Source of the DNA: Chrysomallon squamiferum
Taxonomy: Eukaryota > Animalia > Mollusca
Length of the DNA stretch: 64,000 nucleotides
Assembly (NCBI GenBank): GCA_012295275.1
Contig: CM022670.1
Location: 14,818,001 to 14,882,000 of the forward strand
Reading direction: 5' to 3'
Shown: positions 25,085-39,949 of the stretch, in pieces
Layout of the letters: every line of letters starts with the position of its first letter
Position numbering within the stretch: the first letter of the stretch is position 1
Program-made: the position numbers and the translations under genes
The notes under the pieces: generated by a model
What the model was told of the DNA's origin: nothing
Seen by the model: the letters and a program-made list of their open reading frames with translations, nothing else
The model's database searches: none

Positions 25085-25773
25085 TGGTGAAAATCACATA
25101 TAATAAAAACAAATTTACCACGTAAATATTTTTAATACATTTGACAAATAATTAAGCTAGTTAAAGATAAAAATTACAGTTAACAACTAATCCTTAAAAA
25201 CTCATGTTCAGCTGGATCACCTCTCAGATCCATATGGTACAAACTCTGTAACTGGTGAATTATGATAACGCGCTTCTTACAACAGTAACAGTGAAAACTG
25301 GTAAAAACAATTTGATCTCTACGTTATATACAATTTGACGCAAAGATCAACTGGAAGCAGCATGCTGCTGTTTTGGTTTTTTTTTTTTTGTCGTTCTTAT
25401 AGTGGTGGCCGAATCGCATGGATATTAAGACATCCAAATTGTTATTTGGGTGCATCTTCAAATTTATTAATATATAGAGAAACTGAATATGATATTGAAT
25501 TAAACCTTGGTCATTTTTAAACTTTATATACCTAGCTACGGACTCCTATACATTTCTTGCCCACGATATCTATATATTGGGTATATGAACAAAAACGAGG
25601 ATTATTTTCATGTAAAAGATTAAAACAACACGAACTTAGTCAAGGTCGCTGCAATGGTCGTTTACAGACGGTAATTTTGTATGTCCTGTTCTTGTTGCGC
25701 ATGCGCCTGGTCACCCATCGCATCTTTCAAGACCGATGGATACTTATAAATAAATTCATGTTTTTATTTATTA

Positions 25774-25825
<52 letters not shown>

Positions 25826-28800
25826 GTTTAAGATGCATTTATTTATTTCATTGTTGTTTGTTTCGTCTTTTCTTTTTAATTTTTAATTTTTTTTTAATAT
25901 TTATTACTATTTTTTTAAAATTCTTAATTCTTAATTTGAATATCATTTTAACATGTCATTCTGTAATCTATAGTTTCATGTAAAGATAGTCACTGTCGCA
26001 GGGATGGTCGTTTGTAATTAAAGGCGGTAATTTTATATGTCCTGTTCTTGTTGTCCTGTTCTTGTTGAAATTATATTTACAGACAATATTGCCCAAGGGA
26101 ATATATAAGAAAATTAACAATAAACAACAAAAATGTACTATGGCTCTTATAATTTACTCATTTCGCAAACAATTAAACTAATGAAAGATAAAAATTACAG
26201 TTAACAACTAATCTTTAAAAACTCATGTTTAGCTGGATCAGCTATCAGACCCTATGGTACAAACTGGCGAATTGTGATAATGCGCTTCTTATAACAGTAA
26301 CAGTGAAAACTGGTAATAAAATTTGATTTCTGTGTTATATACAAAATGACGCAAAGATCAACTGGAAGCAGCATGCTGTTTTTTTTTTGTTTTTTTTTAT
26401 CGTACTAATAGTGGCGGTCGAATCGCATGGATATTAAGACATCCAAATTGTTATTTGGGATTGTCTTCAAATTTATTAATATATAGAAAAACTGAATATG
26501 ATACTGAAATAAACCTTTTTTAACTTTATATACCTAGCTACGGATGCCGGCCAAAGATTTAAATTCCTTGCCCACGATATCTATATACAGGCTATATGAA
26601 CAAAAACGAGGATTATTTTCATGTAAAGATTAAAACAACACGAAACTGAGTCACTGTCGCTGGGATGGTCGTTTGTAATTAAAGGCGGTAATTTTATATG
26701 TCCTGTTCTTGTTGCGCATGCGCCTGGTCACCCATCGCATCTTTCACGACCGATGGATACTTAAAAATAAATTCATGTTTTTATTTATTATTATCATTAT
26801 TATTGTTATGTTTATTATTATTATTTTTATTATTATTGTTGTTATGTTTAAAATGCATTTATTTATTATTTTTGTTGTTTGTTTCGTCTCTTTTTTCCTT
26901 TTTATAAATTCTTAATTTTTACCTTTGGTTGTCAGCTTAGACTTAATTTGAATATCATTGTAACGTGTCATTCTGCAATCAACACCCAGTCTAATACTGA
27001 CCCACGAACATTACAGAAAGAGAAAATGTGTAGGTTTTCTTTTTTATTTCTCAAACGATTCCATTGTTGTTATTTGTATTTGTTTTCTGGTTATTGTTGT
27101 ATTTTTTTTTTGTTGTTGTTGGTGTTTCATTCGATAATTGTCGCAAGTAAAAAACAAAACAAAAACAAACGAACAAAAATGTATTCATTTCTACCAATGA
27201 AGGGTGACTTTAATTGGTATTTTCAGTCAAGTACAAATGCAGTGGAATTAGGAGAGAATGTGACTCTAATGTATAAAGCAAATTACACAGAAAACGAAGC
27301 GATAGAAAACATTTTGACTTTGTGTATTCTGATATTGTTAAAACTATGTTCTTATGTTTAAAAAAAAAAGAGAAAAAGTAATAATAATAATAATAATAGT
27401 AATAATAAAGAAAGAAATTATAAAAGAAAACAAAAACAAGAACTGGAAATTCAAATAATTATATTTTAAAAATAAGAATTTTCTCGTAATTTCTTTTGTA
27501 TTATCGTTTGTAATTAAAATGATTTCGACAAGTATCATTCTGGTTGTTCCCATTTCTCCTCCTCTAGTGTCGCAGTTATCCCGATTGCTGCTATATATAT
27601 TGATAAATTCTCGGTCCTCAGCTACGATGCATTTGAATAATAAAACAAGTTATTCTTTGAGTAAAATTTCACAATACGTCAAATTGCTTGCGTGCTAGTT
27701 TCTAAATGTAAAATAGTGATATAAGTGGTTGTAATTATGAAATATTTTTATGCGCACACGCTTCAAATTCTTTAAGATCAAGAAAACATCAGAATATCTT
27801 CTTACTGTCTTATGGGTTGGAAAAAGGTCTGTAGATAGGATTTTTATTTGAGATTATTAATTTATTTGAGATTTGACGAATCATCTAAAACTGAATATGA
27901 TAGAGGAAATAACCTTGGCCGTTTTGAAACTTTATGTACCCAGCTACGGACACCTTTACATTCGTCGCCCACGATATCTATATAGAGGCTATATGAACAA
28001 AAACGAGGATTATTTTCATGCAAAGATAAAAACAACACGAAACTAAGTCAAAGTCTCTGGGATGGTCGTTTGTAATTAAAGGCGGTAATTTTATATGTCC
28101 TGTTCTTGTTGCGCATGCGCATAGTCGCAAATCGCAGCTTTCACGACCGATGGACACATAAATAAATTCATATTTTTTTAATTTTTTTATTATTATTATT
28201 ATTACTATTTTTATTATTATTATTATTATTATGTTTAAAATGCATTTATTTATTTGTTTGTTGTCTGTTTGATCTTTTCTTTTTTCTTTTTCTTAATTTT
28301 TGTTTTTGTTTTAATTATTAATAGTATTATTTTTAAATTCTTAATTCTTAATTTGAATATCATTTTAACGTGTCATTCTGTAGTCAACACCCATGAACAT
28401 TATAAAAAGAGAAAATGAGTAAGTTTTTTCTTTATTTCTCAAACGATTCCATTGTTGTTATTTGTATTTGTTTTCTGGTTATTGTTGTATTTTTTGTATT
28501 TCTTTTTTATATTTCTGTTGTTGTTTCATTCAATAATTGTCGCAAGTAAAAAACTAAACAAAAACAAACGAACAAAAATTAATTCAATTCTACCAGTGAA
28601 GGGTGACTTTAATTTGTATTTTCAGTCAAGTACAAATGCAGTGAATTCGGAGAGAATGTGACTCTACTGTATAAGGCAAATCACACAGAAAACGAAGCGA
28701 TACAAAACATTTTGACTTTGTGTATTCTGATATTGTTAACACTATTTTCTTATGTTTAAAAAAAAAAAAAAAAGTAATAACAATTATAATAGTAATAATA

Positions 28801-28921
28801 AAGAAAAAGATCGAAAAAGAAAACAAAAACAAGAAATGGAAATTCAAATAATTCAATTTTAAAAATAAGTATTTTCTCGTAATTTCTTTTGTATTATCGT
28901 TTGTAATTAAATTGATTTCGA

Positions 28922-28961
<40 letters not shown>

Positions 28962-29236
28962 TGTGTGTGTGTTTGCAACAGACTGATTTAACTTAAACCA
29001 TTATTATTATTTTCTTTACACTGTATAGGTTTTTCTAAAAAGTTTCGTCACTTTGCAACACTCAAACTCAATGATAAATTGGCTATCAGTTATATCAAAT
29101 AATATATGCACATTTTTATTGTAAAATTAATTCAAATAAAGAGAGAAATGAATAATAAATATATTTATTATTTTTATATATTTAACTAGATCAGGGGCAT
29201 GCTTACTTAATTAAAAATTAACATAATAGTGCTGTG

Positions 29237-29271
<35 letters not shown>

Positions 29272-30137
29272 CACCAAAAGATGACATTTTGGAAATAATA
29301 TAATAATAATAATAATAATAATAGCAGTAACAATAATAATTATAATCATAATCATAATCATAAACACAATGATGATGGTGATGATAATATTATTAATAAT
29401 AATAATAAAAATTTAAAGACGATTATGATTGTAGCTATAAGTTTATATAACTATTTCAGCTTACCAATTACAGAAGAAACAGGCATAAGAAATCATGGTA
29501 CCAGATCAGTTAAAATATATTCACGACATAAATAATATTAATATATTTTGCATATATTTTCAAGACTGTTTCGTGTAAGCCAACCAGTGTTATTATGTAG
29601 TGAAAATCATATATCATAAAAAAAAGTAAAAACAATTTACCACGTAAATAATTATGTTTGAGAAAAACGATACCTTAAATATATAATCATTATATGATAA
29701 AATAATTATCTGCTGGGGAAGAAGAAGAAGAAAAAAAAAAAAAAAAAAAAACACAACAAAGAACCAGTGATTATATATGGATGTATTTGTATCATCTGGG
29801 ATTTAGCCGACTCATCTAAAACTGAATATGATACAAAAAATAACCTTGGCCGTTTTGAAACTTTATATACCCAGCTACGGACTCCTATGCATTTCTCGCC
29901 CACGATATCTATATAGAGGCTATATGAACAAAAAACGAGGATTATTTTCATGCAAAGATAAAAACAACACGAAATTGAGTCAAGGTCGCTGGGATGGTCG
30001 TTTACAGGCGGTAATTTTATATGTCCTGTTCTTGTTGCGCATGCGCATAGTCACGCGTCGCAGCTTTCACGACCGATGGATACTTATAAATGAATTCATG
30101 TTTTTATTTATTATCATCATTATTATTTTTATTATTA

Positions 30138-30181
<44 letters not shown>

Positions 30182-30442
30182 TTTAAAATGCATTTATTTG
30201 TTTGCTGTTTGTTTGGTCTTTTTTATTTTTTTTATATATTTTTTTAATGTTTTAATTATTAATACTATAATTTTTAAATTCTTAATGCTTAATTTGAATA
30301 TCATTTTAACGTGTCATTCTGTAGTCAACATCCAGTTTAATACTCACCCATGAACATTATAAAAAGAGAAAATGAGTAAGTTTTTTTCTTTATTTCTCAA
30401 ACGATTCCATTGCTGTTATTTGCATTTGTTTTCTGGTTATTG

Positions 30443-30475
<33 letters not shown>

Positions 30476-31232
30476 GTTGTTGTTTCATTCCATAATTAAT
30501 GCAAGTAAAAAAACAAAACAAAAACAAACGAACAAAAATTAATTCAATTCTACCAACGAAGGGTGACTTTAATTGGTATTTTCAGTCAAGTACAAATGCA
30601 GTGAATCCGGAGAGAATGTGACTCTAATGTATAAGGCAAATCACACAGAAAACGAAGCGATACAAAATATTTTGATATTGTATATTCTGATATTGTTAAC
30701 ACTATTTTCTTCTGTTTAAAAAAAAAAAAAAAAATAATAATAATAATAATAATAATAGTAAAAAGAAAGAAAAAAGAAAATCGAAAAAGAAAACAAAAAC
30801 AAGAACTGGAAATTCAAATAATTCAATTTTAAAATTAAGTGTTTTCTCGTAATTTCTTTTGTATTATCGTTTGTAATTGATTTCGACAAGGTGGTGTGTG
30901 TGTGGGTGTGTGGGTGTGTGTTTGTGACAGACTGATTTAACTTAAACCATTATTATTATTTTCTTTACACTGTATAAGTTTTTCTAAAAAGGTTCGTCAC
31001 CAGGCAACACTCAAACTCAATGATAAATTGGCCATCAGTTATATCAAATAATATATGCAAATTTTTATTGTAAAATTAATTAAAATAAAGAGAGAAATGA
31101 ATAATAAATATATTTATTATTATTTTTTATATTTAACAAGATCAGGGGCATGCTTACTTAATTAAGAATTAATGTAATAGAGCTGAGACAAAAACAAACC
31201 AAAAACCCCCAAAACCTGATATAAACCCAAAA

Positions 31233-31288
<56 letters not shown>

Positions 31289-33249
31289 GCAGTAACAATA
31301 ATAATTATAATGATAATCATAAGCATAAACACAATGATGATGGTGATAATAATATTATTAATAATAATAATAAAAGTTTAAAGACGATTATGATTGTAGC
31401 TATAAGTTTATATAAATATTTCAGCTTACCAATTACAGAAGAAACAGGCATAAGAAATCATTCTACCAGATCAGTTAAAATATATTCACGAGACAAATAA
31501 TCTTAATATATTTTGCATATACTTTCAAGACTGTTTCATGTAAGCCAATCAGTGATATAATATAGTGAAAATTATATATATATATATATAAAAAGAAGCA
31601 TTTACCACGTAAATATTTTTATTACATTCTATAGAAGAAGGATGAGACAACTATTTATTGACTAGTCATGGGAAATGCGTGGTACCGTTGAGTCCGCAAT
31701 GCCATGATTAGTAAGTAACATTTCACTGGAGAATCACGTAATGCTTGATGACGCAATTTCTTCCTTAAACTAAGTTAGAGAATATCAAGTTCTGAAGACA
31801 AAAATGTAGGAATAGATTTAAACCACAAACAGAAATAGGAAAATATGATATAATTATGTTTTGAAAAAAAGATACCTTAAATATATAATCATTATATATA
31901 TGATAAAATTATTATCAGTGGGGAAAAAAACAAAAAACACAACAATCAACCAGTTGTTATATATGGATGTATTTGTATCACCTGGGAAACAGTACCTGAT
32001 TTACGTTTTAACATTGTCCAAATTAGAGCTCTTCAAAGGTGAAATCAGTTCTCTAATCGTCTCGATCACGATCGTACTCGAATGATTAACTGTCTGTCAG
32101 AGAGCGACAGTCCATAAATAAATGAATAAGAAAACATTTATTTTTCTATTATTGTTATTATTATTATTATATTATCATTATTTTTGGTATTATTCTTTAT
32201 TATTCTTTGTGTCATTATTATCATTATTATTGTTATTATCATCATCATCATCATAAAAAAAATAGACTCAATCAGATTTATACTTTTTCACAAATGAATT
32301 TTAAACCTTTACGCTGAAGTTCTTTTTCAGGGAAGTTCTTTTCTGAATTGACATAATAGTTCCGCAGAACTCCAGTTCACCAATTATGGCAAAGATAAAG
32401 AGTAATAAAGTGAGGCCGAACGCGTGGTGCCAACGCGGTTTACTATTCGTGTTAAATTGTCAGTTACAGGTTTGGTTGCGGTGTCCTATTATAAATAGCG
32501 CGATTTCTAATTTGGACCAATGGCAGTGCTCCTAACATTATGCTCTTGACAAAACAAACTAAAAAAATGCCGCGAATGTTCGAATGATTTAGAGACCGAT
32601 TGTTCTGTGTTTTTTATATCATTCTGGTTGTTCCCATTTCTCCTCCTCTAGTGTCGCAATTATCCCGATTGCTGCTATATATTGATAAATTATCGGTCGT
32701 CACTACGATGTATTGAATAATAAATATGTTATTCTTTGAATAAAATTTCACAATACGTCAAATTGCGTGCGTGCAAGTTTCTAAATGTAAAATAGTGATA
32801 TAAGTGGTTGTTATTATGAAATATTTTTATGCGCACACGCTTCAAATTCTTTAAGATCAAGAAAACATCAGAATATCTTCTTACTGTCTTATGGGTTGGA
32901 AAAAGGTCTGTAGATAGGATTTTTATTTGAGATTATTAATTTATTTGAGATTTGGCGAATTATCTAAAACTGAATATGATAGAGGAAATAACCTTGGCCG
33001 TTTTGAAACTTTATATACCCAGCTACGGACACCTGTACATTCGTCGCCCACGATATCTATATAGAGGCTATATGAACAAAAACGAGGATTATTTTCATGT
33101 AAAGATGAAAACAACAAGAAACTGAGTCAAAGTCGCTGGGATGGTCGTTTGTAATTAAAGGTGGTAATTTTATATGTCCTGTTCTTGCTTCGCATGCGCA
33201 TAGTCACGCATCGCACCTTTCACGACCGATGGACACAAAAATAAATTCA

Positions 33250-33283
<34 letters not shown>

Positions 33284-33988
33284 GTTTAAAATGCATTTAT
33301 TTATTTGTTTGTTGTCTGTTTGGTCTTTTCTTTTTTCTTTTTCTTAATTTTTTTTTTTTTGTTTTAATTATTAATACTATTATTTTGAAATTCTTAATTC
33401 TTAATTTGAATATCATTTTAACGTGTCATTCTGTAGTCAACATCCAGTGTAATACTCACCCATGAACATTATAAAAAGAGAAAATGAGTAAGTTTTTTCT
33501 TTTTTTCTCAAACGATTCCATTGTTGTTATTTGTATTTGTTTTCTGGTTATTGTTGTATTTTTTATATTTTTTTTTTTGTTGTTGTTTCATTCGATAATT
33601 GTCTCAAGTAAAAAACAAAACAAAAACAAACGAACAAAAATTAATTCAATTCTACCAATGAAGGGTGACTTTAATTGGTATTTTCAGTCAAGTACAAATG
33701 CTGTGAATTCGGAGAGAATGTGACTCTAATGTATAATGCAAATCACACAGAAAACGAAGCGATACAAAATATTTTGATTTTGTGTATTCTGATATTGTTA
33801 ACACTATTTTCTTATGTTTAAAAAAAAAAAAAAAAAAGTAATAATAATAATAATAATAGTAATAATAAAGAAAGAAATTATAAAAGAAAACAAAAACAAG
33901 AACTGGAAATTCAAATAATTAAATAATAAAAATAAATATTTTCTCGTAATTTCTTTTGTATTATCGTTTGTAATTAAATTGATTTCGA

Positions 33989-34027
<39 letters not shown>

Positions 34028-34334
34028 AACAGACTGATTTAACTTAAACCATTATTATTATGTTTTTTACACTGTATAGGTTTTTCTAAAAAGTTTCATC
34101 ACTTTGCAACACCCAAACTCAGTGATAAATTGGCCATCAGTTATATCAAATAATATATGCAAATTTTTATTGTAAAATTAATTAAAATAAAGAGAGAAAT
34201 GAATAATAAATATATTTATTATTTTTTCATATTTAACAAGATCAGGGGCATGCTTACTTAATTAAAAATTAATGTAATAGTGCTGAGACAAAAACAAACC
34301 AAAAACCCCCAAAACCTGACATGTTGAAAATAAA

Positions 34335-34380
<46 letters not shown>

Positions 34381-35346
34381 GCAGTAACAATAATAATTAT
34401 AATCATAATCATAAGCATAAACACAATGATGTTGGTAATGATAATATTAATAATAATAATAATAAAATTTTAAAGACGATTATGATGGTAGGTATAAGTT
34501 TATGTAAATATTTCAGCTTACCAATTACAGAAGAAACAGGTATAAGAAATCATTCTACCAGATCAGTTGAAATATATTCACGACATAAATAATATTAATA
34601 TATTTTGCATATATTTTCGAGTCTGTTTCGTGTAAGCCAACAAGTGATATAATATAGTGAAAATCACATATAAAAAAAACACAAAAAAACATTTACCACG
34701 AAAATATTTTTAATTCATTCTATAGAAGAAGGATGAGACAACTATTTATTGACTAGTCATGGGAAATGCGTGGTACCGTTGAGTTTGCTTTACCATGACT
34801 AGTAAGTAACATTTCACTGGAGAATCACGTAATGCTTGATGACGCAATTTCTTCCTTAAACTAAGTTAGAGAATATCAAGTTTTGAAGAAAAAAATACAG
34901 GCATAGACTTAAACCAAAAATAGAAATAGGAAAATATGATATAATTATGTTTGAGAAAAACGATACCTTAAATATATAATCATTATATATATGATAAAAT
35001 AATTATCAGTGGAGAAAAAAACAAAAAGAGAACAATCAACCAGTTGTTATATATGTATGTATTTGTATCACCTGGGAAACCGTACCTGATTTACGTTTTC
35101 ACATTAGCCAAATTAGAGCTCTTCAAAAGGTGAAATCAGTTCTCTAGTCGTCTCGATCACGACCGTACTCGAATGATTCACTGTCTGTGAGAGAGCGACA
35201 GTCCATAAATAAATGAAGAAGAAAACATTTATTTTTCTATTATTGCTGTCGTCGTTGTTATTATTATTATTATATTATCATTATTGTTGGTATTATTCTT
35301 TATTATTCTTTGTGTCATTATTATTGTTATTATTGTTATCATCATA

Positions 35347-35377
<31 letters not shown>

Positions 35378-36359
35378 AAATAGACTCAATTAGATTTATA
35401 TCTTTTCACAAATGAATTTTAAACTTTTGCGCTGAAGTTCTTTTTCAGGGAAGTTCTTTTCTGAATTGACTTAATAGTTCCGCAAAACTCCAGTTCACCA
35501 ATTAGGGCAAAGATAAAGAGTAATAAAGTGAGGCCGAACGCGCGGTGTCAGCGCGGTTTATTATTCGTGTTAAATTGTCAGTTACAGGTTTGGTTGCGGT
35601 GTCCTATTATAAATAGCGCGATTTCTAATTTGGACCAATGGCAGTGCTCCTAACATTATGCTCTCGACAAAACAAACTAAAAAAATGCCGCGAATGTTCG
35701 AATGATTTAGAGACCGATTGTTCTGTGTTTTTTATATAATTCTGGTTGTTCTCATTTCTCCTCCTCTAGTGTCGCAGTTATCCCGATTGCTGCTATATAT
35801 TGATAAATTATCGGTCGTCAGCTACGATGTATTGAATAATAAATATGTTATTCTTTGAGTAAAATTTCACAATACGTCAAATTGCGTGCGTGCAAGTTTC
35901 TAAATGTAAAATAGTGATATAAGTGGTTGTTATTATGAAATATTTTTATACGCACACGATTCAAATTCTTTAAGATCAAGAAAACATCAGAATATCTTCA
36001 TACTGTCTTATGGGTTGGAAAAAGGTCTGTAGATAGGATTTTTATTTGAGATTTGGCGAATCGTCTAAAACTGAATATGATAGAGGAAATAACCTTGGCC
36101 GTTTTGAAACTTTATATACCCAGCTACGGAAACTTGTACATTCGTCGCCCACGATATCTATATAGAGGCTATATGAACAAAAACCTATTATTTTCATGTA
36201 AAGATAAAAACAACACGAAACTGAGTCAAAGTCGCTGGGATGGTCGTTTGTAATTAAAGGTGGTAATTTTATATGTCCTGTTCTTGCTTCGCATGCGCAT
36301 AGTCGCACATCGCAGCTTTCACGACCGATGAAAACATAAATAAATTCATATTTTTTTTA

Positions 36360-36416
<57 letters not shown>

Positions 36417-37126
36417 GTTTAAAATGCATTTATTTATTTGTTTGTTGTCTGTGTGGTCTTTTCTTTTTTCTTTTTCTTAATTTTTGTTTTTGTTTTAATT
36501 ATTAATACTATTATTTTTAAATTCTTAATTCTTAATTTGAATATCATTTTAACGTGTCATTCTGTAGTCAACGTCCAGTGTAATACTCACCCATGAACAT
36601 TATAAAAAGAAAAAATGAGTAAGTTTTTTTTTTTTCTCAAACGATTCCATTGTTGTTATTTGTATTTGTTTTCTGGTTATTGTTGTATTTTTTATATTTC
36701 TTTTTTGTTGTTGTTTCATTCGATAATTGTCTCAAGTAAAAAACAAAACAAAAACAAACGAACAAAAATTAATTTTATTCTACCAATGAAGGGTGACTTT
36801 AATTGGTATTTTCAGTCAAGTACAAATGCGGTGAATCCGGAGAGAACGATTCCATTGTTGTTATTTGTATTTGTTTTCTGGTTATTGTTGTATTTTTTTG
36901 GTTGTTTCATTCGATAATTATTGGAAGTAAAAAACAAAAACAAAATCAAACGAACAAAAATTAATTCATTTCTACCAATGAAGGGTTACTTTAATTGGTA
37001 TTTTCAAATGCAGTGGATTCGGAGAGAATGTGACTCTAATGTATAAAGCAAATCACACAGAAAACGAAGCGATACAAAACATTTTGATTTTGTATATTCA
37101 GATATTGTTAACACTATTTTTCTTAT

Positions 37127-37162
<36 letters not shown>

Positions 37163-37330
37163 AGAGAGAAAAAATTTATTATAATAATAATAATAAAGAA
37201 AAAAGAAAATCGAAAAAAAAAAAAAAACCTGGAAATTTAATCAATTCAGTTTTAAAAAGAAGTATTTTCTCGAAATTAAATTGGTTTCGACAAAGTGTGT
37301 GTGTGTGTGTGTGTGTGTGCGTGTGTGAAA
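25085..37330. repeat. Tandem segmental array of six degenerate units (fullest unit about 3.1 kb, 32618-35737)
   Basis: The shared core aactgaatatgata...tttatatacc(c/t)agctacgg...cgcatgcgc...gaccgatg starts near 25481, 26491, 27890, 29821, 32969 and 36070. The block ttctggttgttc(c/t)catttctcctcctctagtgtcgc occurs near 27538, 32622 and 35740. Confidence 0.92.
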
Positions 37331-39949
37331 GAGAATTTGTTTAATTACAATTATACAGACTTTAGTAGAGTGGTCACTTTTGGACAGACCCATTGGGTAT
37401 TTTCTTCTTTCTTTCTAGTGCCTATGACTTGTCTATCGCACGCTGTCGAAGTATATGAAGTTTTGTCTATAGCAATATCTGGCGAGAAAGGTTAGTTAAG
37501 ACACTCGCTAACCCACTAGGATTTAACTGCTGCGACGATTTCGTAACTGGAAGCAAATATAAAAATGTATTTTGGCCTTAATAACAATTACCAATTTCAG
37601 AAAGAATAAACCGCGGGTTCTCTTTCAGTAACAAAAGAGATTTTCACATTCCATTATAATTGGTAAGTCAGTTTTAATTAATTTTTCGTATATTAATGTA
37701 ATTTGATAAATTTGTGTTTGATTCTGGTTGTCCAGAGATCTCACCACTTTGCCATGGCGTGGTCACTATCGTGCACAATGGTGGGTTGGCGGAAATCACG
37801 TGCAGAACTGGCTATTACTTAGTAGGGTCAACATTTCTGACGTGTGAAAATGGAAAATGGACTGGAATTTTTCCGTTCTGTGCAGATTTGATAAACTCCA
37901 TAAAATAATTTACAGGTAATAAGAGATCGTTATTAAAGGGAAACAAACAACATAAATAAACAAATAAATAAAAATAAAAATATGTGCATTGTACCTTTGA
38001 ATGATTTCCATTACACTGATAAAATTTAATGATAAATAAATATATTAATTAATTCTCATATGAGGATATAATTATTTATGTTCATCATAACTATTATTTT
38101 TTTTTTTTTTTCAATAGAAAAATCAGTGAATAAAATCTTTTTCACTGAATAATGTAATGAACTAGACTGTTCCAAAGACCACTATTACAGCAAGAATGAT
38201 AATAAGTGTCATCCGTGTTCCCCTACTCAGAAATACGACAGCTAAACAGAAAATACATTGCACTGTCAGTTTATGACTGTCAGTGTCGCCAAGGCTTCTC
38301 TGGAAATCCTTCAAGGAATATTCCTTGCACAGGTATACAGGAATGATCGTTTGTTTCAGTAATATATTCATTAATTTAATGAAATTCTGTTGTGTTTTTA
38401 TTTGATGAAATTTTGTTTAGTTTTTATTTAATGAAATTCTTTATTGTTTTTATTTAATTGAATTATGTTTTGTTTTTATTTCACGAAATTTTGTTAGTTT
38501 CTGTTAAATTAAATGCTGTTTTGTTTTTATTTAATTAATTTTTGTATAATTTTTTATCAATTAATTTCTGTAACATTTTTATTTAATGAAATTTTATTTG
38601 GTTTTTATTTAATGCAATTCTGTATTGTTTTTAGGTTATGAAAATCAGTATTGAAAATCTACAGTAAACTGAATTAATAATACTGAATGTTTTTAAAAAT
38701 GAGATTATCTACAAAAAACACAATGATATCATTATGTGCACAAACCATTTACAGAAAATGCCAGACTGAATTTATGTTGAAGCAGATAATAATTTAAAAT
38801 GACTAAAAACAACATATCAAAATCAGTCACTTTTTCAAGCAAATCAGTACTTTTAAAATGACAACAAAAACAACAAAATATATCAAGTAAACTGTTCTTC
38901 CGTTTCAGATAACTGTTTAAAGATTTACTTTACAGATATAGATGAATGTTCTGCTAACCTGCTGACATGTTACTATGGCTGTGAGAACTCTGAAGGGTCG
39001 GCCAGGTGCATCTGTCCTGTGGGTTACAGCTCAGAAGTAGATGGAGTCATCTGTAGAGGTGGCTTTTGAAAATAACTCTTTAAACTGAGCAGTAGTTGTC
39101 TTATTTTTTTCAGACAAGATGTGATTTCAATTTAAGAAATATTTTGCTAGCATTTGGGTATGTCAGAATGGATGAAATTTTTAATTATTTTGAATTAATT
39201 AAAAGAGAAAAAGGCTTATGGCAGCCATTTTGACAGATTTTGTGCTGAAAGCAAAGGAGAGTTACAGTGAACAATGCAGATAATGTCTAGTATTGTTTTA
39301 GAAAACATCATGTACATATAAAATTTCCATCAGGCATTAAAAACAAAAAATAATAGTATAAAATAGGAAGTTTGATATTTTTATTTCTGTTTAAAATATC
39401 ATTAATTTTTACTAATGAAACTATTTTCCATTATAATTTCTCTAAAACATCAGCTTCTCTCTGAAACAAAGATCCACGATAATTTTTCCTCTAATATTTC
39501 TTTAAAAAAATATTGTAAAACATTAACAATGGAAATTAGTCATTTTTAACAATAATGCTAATTATGTTTTCATGGTGTACTAATGTTAATTTATTTCTAC
39601 AAACTGTTGCAGATGTTGACGAGTGTCAGGATGATGCTGCTGGTTGTAATCACAAATGTGTAAACACTGATGGGTCTTTTTACTGCCAGTGCCATGGAGA
39701 TGGGTACTATTTGATGGATGATCAGCAAACTTGTGTTGGTAATAATTCCCATATCATAACCAAAGTGCTTCCCTATGCATGGAACATTAGAAACTGTATC
39801 TTGATTTGTCTCAGCTTTTATCTGTATTTTTGTTTATGCTATTAGTAATAATTAATTATTTTATTATACATATTATTTAATATTCTGTTGTTTAACTCAC
39901 AATTTTAAAACTGAACTGACTTAGGACACCCCAGACTCTTACAAATGTA

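Noticed and set aside
25557-36917. Recurrent ORFs in the array (e.g. 25557-25886, 29828-30247, 36615-36917) as a protein family
   Set aside because: Frames and stops differ between units, and the hydrophobic runs come from (ATT)n and poly-T tracts.
24436-37330. Allene oxide synthase (catalase-like) domain fused upstream of LOX-B, as in coral AOS-LOX
   Set aside because: No catalase-like exons were found upstream of the PLAT exon. LOX-B has its own ATG at 24435, and the summed exons give about 670 aa, a stand-alone LOX size.
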